Assembly: GCF_001194135.2 (NCBI RefSeq)
Contig: NC_068982.1
Span: 150,453,149-150,489,690, forward strand
Origin: Octopus bimaculoides
Lineage: Eukaryota
DNA length: 36,542 bases
Direction: 5' to 3'
The notes under the pieces are model-generated. The model saw nothing but the letters and a program-made list of their open reading frames with translations, was not told the DNA's origin and did not search any database. Positions 1 through 10,300 of the stretch are shown piece by piece; positions within the stretch are counted from its first letter, which is position 1, and each line of letters begins with the position of its first letter. Both the position numbers and the translations under genes were made by a program.

Positions 1-150
1 GTTAGGAAGGGCATCCAGCTGTAGAAACTCTGCCAAATCAGACTCGAGCCTGGTGTTGCCATCCGGTTTCACCAGTCCTCAGTCAAATCGTCCAACCCAT
101 GCTAGCATGGAAAGCGGACGTTAAACGATGATGATGATGATGATGATGAT
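1..150 (+). mobile_element. SINE family A 3' portion with (GAT)n tail
   Basis: GTTAGGAAGGGCATCCAGCTGTAGAAA...CCAACCCATGCTAGCATGGAAAGCGGACGTTAAACGATGATGAT; the same motif recurs at 4695, 14220, 21734, 22421, 25627, 28395 and 36428. Confidence 0.85.
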
Positions 151-236
151 TGTTTTTTTTTTTTTTCATCTTTATTCCATTGTTGCTAATTTAACAAGAT
201 CTAGAGTATTTTTTAACATAACACAGCTAATGAAAA

Positions 237-901
237 TATTGCGTTGAGTCAAACGTTTTCCAGTATTTTGGTAATTTATTTGCTTTGTCAAGTTACAACA
301 AAAGCAGCCCAGCATTCAAAGTAGAGGCCAATGTGTTGCACCATCTGAAATCACCTTTCTGCCAGTTCTTTAATCCCATTCTGATAGCAGTTCTTGTCTT
401 GCGAGGCAAAGAACTCCTTCACTAAAACTACCACCGCCTCACAGGAAATGAGGCATGGATTGGAACAAGAAATAATCTGAGGGAGCTAGATTTGGACAAT
501 ATGCTGGGTTTGATTTCCTCAAGCTCCTTGGTGTTTAATCTGTGTTGTTCGAGCAGTGTGAGGTCTTGCTTCCTGTTAACTAATGCCAGGGTATTTTTGC
601 TGCACAATGGCATACATCTGTTCCAGCTGTTTAGAGTACAGGTTGGCAATGATGATTTGACCATCCAGAATGAATTTGTAGTGGATTATCCACCAGATGT
701 GGAGCATCAACTTGTATTTGAAACGCCCGTATTTGGTGACAAGTTCTGGAAGCTGGACCCTGCTTATGCCTGTTAGGATTGCAGAAAAATATCTTCCTCA
801 GATTGTTGTTCTGGTCCATGACTTACTTCCTGCACTTGTGACACTTCATCAACCAAGGAGCTGGAGGCTTCAGTGAAGGCATTTTTTGACTCAACACAAT
901 A
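237..901 (-). mobile_element. Internally deleted mariner (Tc1/mariner) transposon with both TIRs
   Basis: TIRs TATTG(C/T)GTTGAGTCAAA at 237-253 and, reverse-complemented, at 885-901 (16/17 identical, including terminal TA). Minus-strand frameshifted transposase remnants ARPHTARTT, PAYCPNLAPSDYFLFQSM and KEFFASQDKNCYQNGIKELAER*FQMVQHIGLYFE. Confidence 0.88.
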
Positions 902-1247
902 GTTACCAAGTGGATAGATATAAACCTACCTAATTTTTCAAATAATGTATATTCTAGCTAGCATTTTATTGCTAATAGTTTCAATTTTGATTATGACTCA
1001 TTATACATCAAGGCAAAATAGCCAGTAAATTTAAAGACCGGCCACATCTCTGGTATCAACAGTAGTGAAAATGAAAGAAAAATTATGTACACAAGGTCAA
1101 CACAATGCAGTAAATATCAGAGCTCGAGAACAAAATAAATGTTTAAAAACATTAAGATCCCTTGCAGCATTTCAAGTGGTGAAAACAAGGAAACAGAAAA
1201 TCCATAAAAATTGTTAGGGAGAGGTGACCTTTGGGTGTAAATTTGTG

Positions 1248-1760
1248 TACAGTAATACCTCACTTTACAAATTTTATTTTCTAGGCACAAGATCCAAATT
1301 TTGAATGAAGTGCAAAAGTTTCTATACCACAACAAATGCTTCTGCATGTTACCGAGAAATTTATAGAGAGCAAAAAAAAAAAAGCTTCTTCTAAAGCAAA
1401 TAACTCTAGACTTGTTTTTTAAAAAGAAATCTACAAGTACTTGTGAATCGGTGATTGCATCTATAAATGGTGTGCGCAAGTGTTGTGAGTGAAAGTGATT
1501 CAGAAAATAATAATATTTTTTTTATTATAAATGATCTTGATATTCTTTTTACTTTACATAAAATACACTCTACATTCTACTGTCGTTTTATTGCTATCTA
1601 TTTACGTATATTATAAATTTTATAGGTAAAATATTTTTCTGGGAACGAATTACAATTTATAACATTGCTACTATGGAAAATTATTGCTCTGTTTTATGAG
1701 TTTTCACTTTACGAGCAGTCTATGGGAGCAAATTAACTTGTATATCGAGGCATTGCTGTC
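1248..1760. mobile_element. Tigger/pogo-like non-autonomous element (MITE)
   Basis: TA|CAGTAATACCTCACTTTACAA at 1248 and TTGTATATCGAGGCATTGCTG ending at 1758 are degenerate inverted termini of the CAGT.GTACCTCG type. Confidence 0.6.
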
Positions 1761-4210
1761 TGCAAGTATGGCTATATTTCCAGATATATATGGAAAGTAG
1801 TATCTCGTACTGCTTGTTTTCAGCTTTTATGTCTTGTTTGCCTATAATTAAAATGATGACAACACCATTCTACTAAAACTGTCACATTGCACATTTTCTC
1901 AAATTTTTTAAAAAGTAGGTGAAAAATAATTGTGACAAAATTGAAGCATTGGGAAGTTTAACACTTTAGCATTCAGATATCTTTGTCAAATGTAATGCAT
2001 TGACACACTGATTTGAATTTGTCATGCATTACCTTGCAGCTTTGAGATTTCAACAATGTGATTTTTTAATTTTAGAATAATATTGTAATGTGAGAGGCTA
2101 GATCTGGCCAGTTTGAAAATAATACAGGTAGATATTTTGGCCAGATATGGCTGGTTTAAATGTTCAAAAAAATTCTTCAGAAAACAAGGGATTGGTGAGT
2201 AAATAGGTTATTGTCATTCAGGTTTAAAGTGTTGCAAGAGGAAATAAGTGAAAACTGAAAGAATTTTAAGGTATTTTCATGCTAAAGTCTATTACATTTT
2301 TTAAAATATAGTCTGGGTCCTAAACATATAGTTACATCATTTTCCTGCAGAATGAAATATTTCAAACTGCTCTTCTTTACCACTGCATAATAAGACTATG
2401 TATGTTAACCAAATATATTTCATTGTGTGAAATGTTTATCTATAATACTAGTTTGACATGGCAAAACTGTGAATCAGGTAGAATGAGAAAAGAGAACAGC
2501 AACATCTTGCTAACACAATGTAATGAATGCAGAACTCAAAATTCAGTGTATTTAATCATACTGAATAAGACCCATTTTATTAGAGATAAATCTAACTCTT
2601 TAGCATTCAAACCAGCTATAGTATTTTACATATTTTGTGTTCAAACTGGCCAGATCAGGCCTCTCGCAATTATGCTGCAATGTTATTCTAAAAATAAAAA
2701 GTTGCATCATTAAAATCTCAAAGCTACAACATAATGCATGATTAATTCAAAATGTGAACAAATAAATAATACATCTTACAGAATAATTTGAACGCTAAAG
2801 GGTAAAAAAAAAAAAAAATCATTCCAAATCCAAGAGGTAAATCAGAAATAATTAAAACGAGATATCATTAACTAACAAGAGATTTCAGAAATTCCCATCA
2901 AATCAACATTTTTAGTTTTGCATCACTTTCAAATTGCACATACTCACTTTAAGTTTAAGGGATGAGGGGATAGTAGATTAAATTGTGTAAGTATCTCTGG
3001 TTGACTTTGTTATTGTACTTTACTGTAGTATTTTAGTAATGTAGACTGAGACTGAATATGCCAAAGAACAGAAGAAAGAAAGCAAACAAAAGAAATAAAG
3101 AACAAAAATGAGCTTGTGGTGAAATATGGTAGCTTTATTAAGACACTGACTCTGTAATAAAACAGAACCATTGTAAAGCAACTGTACAATAAAATATGTC
3201 AGAAATTGTGACAGAATTCACAGGTTTCATACCAGCTCACTTTAGAATGAGATAGTTAATACAGAACAAGGCAATCCATTTTCCATGCCACAAGGAATAC
3301 TGCTGCCTTAAATGATAAACATATTCTTTTACAAAATATGAATAGCAGAAATGCAAAATGAAAGAAAATTGCTGGGAACTGGGAAGAAGGGAGAATTTGT
3401 TACTTAAAAAAAAGAAGTCATTTTTAAATAAAGAAAATCAAAAAGCTCAAAAAATATCAACCGGAATAAGAAAAATACTGTCTATAGGATTCAATGCTCA
3501 TCTCTACATCCAGCTGTCATGTTGGACCACTGAAAGCTGTTGATAGAAAAAATTATCACTTCAGTCTTCAAAGAAAAACCATTTTAAATAAAACCCAAGA
3601 TATGAATCATTGGGAATATAATGACTCAGCTGAAAAGCAGAGCATTCTGACAACAATCCTTCACATTTAATGCTAATAGGTAATAAACTGACTCCTTGCA
3701 AAGTAAAGTTATCACAAATAGCATTTAGGTAGATGTAGCAACTAATATTTTGTTGATTTCATAAGACTTGCCCTATCACTAAATGAAAATACTTTAAGCT
3801 TTCTCTAATTAAATCAGTAAAAATAATCTTGTCAGCTTCCCTAAAATCTTAAAAGAAATTTCCCTGCTGAACCTACAAAATAAATAGATATACTAATAAT
3901 AAAAATTACTTCCTGGAAAGTTAAAATAAACCCCCAAAAAACTATCTAAATAAAATATATATGAAAAATAAAAGTTGTAATAATAAGTAAAGCCAACAGG
4001 TGGAACAATATTTAGATTACCAGTTTATCTGCACCAGTACTTTATTAAGTAAATAATTATTTACGATATGTTCAAGGCAGCAAAACAAATAAGATCACTA
4101 TTTTAAGTAATAGTAGTAGTAATATCAGCAGCAACAGCATGGATAGTGATGGTATAGTAAGATGTAACACAGACTGTAAAATGCTGTCACATTCTACCGA
4201 AGTTCAATAA

Positions 4211-4357
4211 CTATTCTGTTGGAATATGAAATGTTCCAGAACTGGATTCATTGCCTGATGTGGCAGGATTGGTTTTGGCCTTGTTCAGAGACTGTAATGC
4301 TTTTTCTCTCAATAACTGTTCCAGTTTTTCTTGCTCTGCAGCACTATCAGAACCAGC
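4211..4357 (-). CDS. SRRM1: SRRM1 last coding exon (147 nt incl. TAG)
   Basis: tttttcag|GCT GGT TCT...GAA TAG; AGSDSAAEQEKLEQLLREKALQSLNKAK..., the conserved SRRM1 C-terminal motif. Confidence 0.93.
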   Translation of the reverse strand, partial: AGSDSAAEQEKLEQLLREKALQSLNKAKTNPATSGNESSSGTFHIPTE

Positions 4358-7300
4358 CTGAAAAATAAAGCCAATATTTAAGTCTTTTACCAATAAACTA
4401 ATTACATAATATTTAATTAAGAATGAATTAAAACAGTCTTATAAAAAAAAATGATTACAATAGTTAGATCATAATCATTCACACACTAAAGTCAATGCTA
4501 TCAAGTCTTATTCCTAGTTTCATGTTGTACAGGTCTGTAGGAGAGTTATGATTTAAATTAGCTTAAAAGCAATAGATAAAAATGGAACAGTCGATCTAAC
4601 TAACCATGCAGAGCAGAAATACAATTGCATGCCGAGTGCTAAATGTATTTTGACTGGGTTTCCAACACCCTGAATAAGTGAAGCAAAAAAGATGTCATCA
4701 TCATCATCATCATCTAGCATCCGTTTTCCATGCTGCCACAGGTTAGATGGTTTGACTAGGACTGGTAAGATGGAGAGCTCTACCAAGCTCCAGTCTATTT
4801 TGGCTGGATACCCTTCCTAACACCAGCCACTGCAAAGAGTGTAGTGAGTACCTTTTTATGTGTCACTGGCCACGACTATGATTCCACTTGGCTTGACATT
4901 AGCCATATTTAGCTCATAACCATCCATAGTGTCAACTGACATTTTCTTTGGGCATTCCTATGCTAGTGCGCCTCGAGAACCCAAATTATCCAAAATAATT
5001 CAAATGACATGAGATTAAGATCCTTAAACTTTGAATTTATTGTTGAACTTCACTATTCTTATACTTATCATGAGCAGTTCACATAATATTCACTTCTGTA
5101 TCACTCTCCCCTTTTCACTACTGTCTTTCTCATCTCTTGCTCTTACTTCCTTTGTTATGCCCCATCAACTCTTTTCACTCTGGCCCCATTACTATTACTT
5201 CTTTCTTTTATTACACTGCCATTTCAGCTCTTGTTCATTTTCCTGACTTTAGCCTGGCTCTCTTTTATTACCCCTACTTTTCTCAACACTCCACCCCGCC
5301 CATGTGACAGGAGATGCCAATATCTAACTGTAATGGTGATGTGTTAGAAAATGTCTTTTTTTTACACATCTCGTATGTATGTAAAAGAAAGGAATAAATG
5401 GAGACGTTGCAAAAAGAGGAGACTCTCTTATGAGGAACAAGAGAACATCTAAGATGCTAATGAATGAAGACATCTCTGATGCTGGTGCCACAATAAAAAG
5501 CATTCAATATGCTGTATAACAGTCAATGATAGGCCAACAATGGAAACATATAAATGATACATAGTCTCTGGCTCTTCTTGGAGATTGGTAACTCCCTAAT
5601 AAGAACTAACTCAGGTAATGATGACCTGCCTAAACTATGCCTGCATGGAAAAGTGAATGAATGTTGATTTAGCTTTCTTTTTACCCCTAAATCAATATCA
5701 AAACTATTAAATTTCTCTTATACAAAGAATTCTGCTTGTAACTCTTTCAGAAACCTAGTATTTGTGATGACATTCTTACGGCAAGCAGTACTAATCCACA
5801 ACCAGTTTTATTTAGTTTCTTGTTATACATCTGTTTAAATTGTCAGTTTTTTTAAATTAATTATTGTTACAATTCTTCCTTTCCTAGTCTTCATACTACA
5901 GGAATTCTGATCTTGCTGGAAGTTAATTTTCCCCAAAATATTATCACAATTGCTATCTTAAAATTAGAAGAAATAAGTAAGCTAATAACAGCCCACAGAC
6001 ATTACCATTTGGTGTATTTATGTGAATAAATTATAATCTATACAAAGCTATATTCCATATATATTGGTGGTCCCCAATAAAGCTATAAAACTGACACAAT
6101 AACTACTACATGTGAGTCAAAAATAAAATGAAGAAAAACTACATTAAATTATACGGAAACTTCATAAAAGTGAAAAAGGGAAGATGACACTAATTAACTT
6201 TCCACTTTCCCTGTTCAATCTAAGGCCTTTTTTATGATCAATTCTCATGGATTTTCAAACTATTTGAGTGTTGTTGAGAACTAATAATGATAAACATGAT
6301 GGTGAAAGCATAACACTTAAGACATTTCACAACTCTACAGTTATATATTAGTAGTATGAAGTAAATAGCTTTTGCTTTGTCCAAACAAGATATTTTTCGA
6401 CATACAGAACTGAGATTGACATTGATTCTCATTGACAGTAAATCCTTAACTAAAACAGAAAACTTTCATCACTAGTAATTGTATTGCAAGCAAAACTTTA
6501 TTCATCTAACATAGGCATCTTCCTAAACATGTAGGAGTTGAAAATTATTCGTAAGTGTAGAATACAACCACATCAGATTTAAGAAAAATACGCCTGAAAT
6601 ATTTATTTGGTTTAATATGAAGATGTTGGTGCCTTTTTTCTCTTTCTTTCCCCATTTTACTTCCATTTTTCCATGCTGGCATGAGTTGAACAAGTCTGCA
6701 AATTCAAACATTTGCATGAGTTCTTGTAGTAGGTGTATTATGGTAGCATGTACATCTCATTAAAGCTAATTAGTTGTTAACTTAATTGTTAAATATAGCA
6801 GAAAATAGACTTTGAAAGCAGTACTTGTAATGTTAATACTGGGTATTGTATATAAACAGATTCATTTATGAAGAGATAGAAAAATTTTCAAATCTTATAT
6901 ATAACTACTAGACAACTTCAACAATGATTTGAAGTAATGTATAATTCACTTCAATGCTCTAGAAACAAGTGAACTTCAAGCCAACTAAACTTGACAAGAA
7001 AAGGAATGAAGAACACTAATAATGTGTAAACTTCATTTTGTAGATGCACACGAATTCAATATTACACATGCTACAACTTAATATTTGTTGAATCAAAAGT
7101 TTAACAATAGCAAATCACAAGTGTTTAGAATATACTTCTATCATCAATAATTAAAACTGAATAAAACAAACCTCTTCTTCCTCTTTGCCCTTCTTGTGCT
7201 TATGCTTCTTATGTTTCTTGTGCTTTTTCTTCTTCTTCTTCTTTTTCTTTTTCTTTGTTGCAGCATCACTGTCGGATCCCTAAAAAGAAAGAAGACACAT

Positions 7301-10300
7301 ACTTCAAATGGAATATCTATTTTTTCACACATTATAAAAACTCCTAAGCAACAACTCTATAAACAAATGTTTCCTAATCTGAGAAAGCCGACAATCTCAT
7401 GCCTTATTTTAGTTTTAACAGCTCTAGAGAGATGTAATAAATCTTACAAACCTCAGACGAGGAAGACTTCTTCTTCTTTTTCTTTTTCTCTGATGAATCT
7501 GTTTTTAGCTTTTTCTTTGGAGATTCAGAAGAATCTTGGAACATTGTGTCATCCTGATACACCTTTTCAAGAGAAGGATGGTTTGAGTCAACAGAAACAG
7601 GTTCTGGAACTAATAAGTTTGAAGAAAGTGGTCTTGACTTATACGAATCTTGACTACTTAACCTTTGTTGATCTTTAGGTAAATTTTTAGTTTTTTTAGG
7701 GGAATCTCTTAACTTGCTTGATTCAACATCGTCCCGAGCTTTTTTAGCTGGAGGTGATGATGATTTTTTCCTTCTGGACAGAACTGGAGAGGGGCTACGA
7801 CTCATTGACATACTCCGAGATAATGACCGTTTCTTGGGGAGTTTCAATGAAGTGTTCACTTTTTCTGGAGATGCTGATACACCCTGAACTTTTCTTTGGT
7901 GTGATGCCACAGGAGATAGATTCTCTGAGTGTTGATGTACTGTTACAGTTTTACTTGTTCTTTGACGAAGAGGTGATGGTGATTGTCGGAAACGTTCAGG
8001 TGATGGAGATGCAGAACCCGACATTGAAGAAGATTTTTGTTTCAGGTAAGATTGATGTTGTGTTGCTGGAATCTGTCGCCTTGTCATTACAGACATTTGA
8101 GGTGAAGCATCACGGCAAACGGGAGATTCCGATTCACTACGATCTCTCTTAGCTCCTGGCAAGACCTTTTTCACTACTACTCTCTGTGGTGATTCTGATG
8201 ACGAGTGGTCACCATGAATTACTTTACGAGGAGGAGAAGGAGTGCGAGATTTCGAGATGTTTCTTCTCTGACGTACTGGTGGCGGTGGTGAATGTGATGG
8301 TGATCTTTTCATCCTGGGAGGGGACCTAGCATATGGTGAATGTTGCCTCATCTGACGAGGAGGGGAATCTGGTGTAACCTTTCGATGTCTTCGCCGCATC
8401 TGGTTAGGTGAAGGAATGTTTCGGCGTCTTGGCGATGGAGATCTAGAAATATCTCGAGGACGATTAGAGCGAGGTCGATCTCTAGCACGCATTGGAGAGT
8501 GAGGTGGACTCCTATAGAAAGAATGAAATACAAAATTAATAAGAATGGGCATTTTTTATTGCAATCAAAAATCTAACATTAAAATAAAATGATAAAGAAA
8601 TACACATTCAACATATTTTGACTTTTTGTGTTTAATTTTAGATTTGAGCAAGAGGAAAGTAGATATAAAATATTGGTGCTGACCTTTTAAGTCTAGGAGA
8701 TGCATAGCGAGGAGGTGACCTGCGATATCTTTGTTGAGGAGACCAGCCTCTAGGTGCATATGGATAGCTGAAAAGTAAAGAAAATAGATTATACAGAATA
8801 GAAAATGAGAGTAATAATTCACGGAATTATTTCTACGTGTATTTTGTACATGTTTCTTTCATGACAGTACAAGTCAAACACTATGGTATTCAGAGACATC
8901 TTCTGAAACTGGATTTTACAGCTGGAGAGACTAATGTGTCATCCTGATAAACCTTTGCAAGAGAAGGATGGAGAGACTAATATGCCACCTAGACCAGTGG
9001 GTCTCAACTGGGGTCCATGCAACAAAATAGTAAATGGGGATCCTCAGTAATATTTTACGGGTCCATGAAAAAATTCTGATTTAGATGTGTTTATTGAAAG
9101 AAACAGCTAGGTTTCTTTTTACATAGTTCTATCTACACAAATTAATATGTGAAAAACAAAATAGGAATTTTGAAATTAGTTTCTATCAAAACTATTTTAA
9201 AACACCGAATGGTTATGGGAGTACATCAAAATAAAATAGTAACCAAAGGGGTCCATAGATAAATAATGATTGAGAACCCTTGATATAGACTAATACAATC
9301 ACATAACTGTACATATTAATAAAATAACACAACCTGTTAGCTAATAAACCATGGCACTTCTAAATTATTATACTGTTTTGCATATCCTTTTCTTGCTGCC
9401 TTCTACCTGGATGAAAAATATGTTCTATTTCTACTCCAGGGTTGAGAGATCAGCAATTAAATAACAAATTACATGCTAGCATGAAATGGATACGAGGAAT
9501 AATATGCTCCACTTACGGTGACCGGCGCATAGAATATGGAGAAGGCCTCCTCCTAATTCGTCGGGAACCAGGATCACGGATAAGGTCTCTCCTACCATAT
9601 CTGTCTCTGGGTCGAGAAGGTGATGGATAACGACGATTTCGTATTGGTGATTCTGATCTCTTATCTCTTCTGTCTCGAGATTCTTCTAGAATAACGAAGT
9701 CAGTTTGAAATTAAATAGAAGTTTTACAAAACAAAATAAAATTTCAGATACACATTTGTTTTCGTCCAAAGGGTAACCAGCAAAGGAAAGTTGTTCCATC
9801 TGAGAAATAAACAACTCTGAAACAAATAAAACAGCCGCACAATAACAGCTAATAAGAATTAAGCAAAGAGATGGGTGACAAGATTTACCCTGAGTCTAAC
9901 AATAATACAGTTATTCAAGTATGCAAGGATTTGGAGATGGATCCATAATTCATCGACAGTAGATAACTTAAAATCTAGAGGCTTTATCCCATTACATATT
10001 GTTATTCCTTCTCAACCATGCAAAAGAACCAATATTTTTCCACATCACACTTATTGTTTCACAATCTGCATAGCTTTATCCTTGTCAGAATATTTTTAAA
10101 AATATTTTTACATTTGAAATGGTTCATGTAAATGTGATCAGAATCTTGTAATTTTTCTTTTTTCAACATAAAAACAACTTGAAGTAACAGGTAAAAGTAT
10201 TTCCTCTTTACACAATATAGGAATGTGTACAAAAATTGAGAAGAGTTACAGAAGTTATTGGAGAAGGTAGCTGTCTGACTGGCTTTCATGAAACTAAGTA

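Noticed and set aside
492-776. ORFs 428..664, 492..776 and 631..819 as genes
   Set aside because: They are off-frame or antisense readings of the decayed mariner transposase.
7196-8152. Plus-strand ORFs 7196..7678 (160 aa) and 7754..8152 (132 aa)
   Set aside because: They are antisense mirrors of low-complexity K/S/R codons of SRRM1 exons 13-14 and show no independent protein signature.
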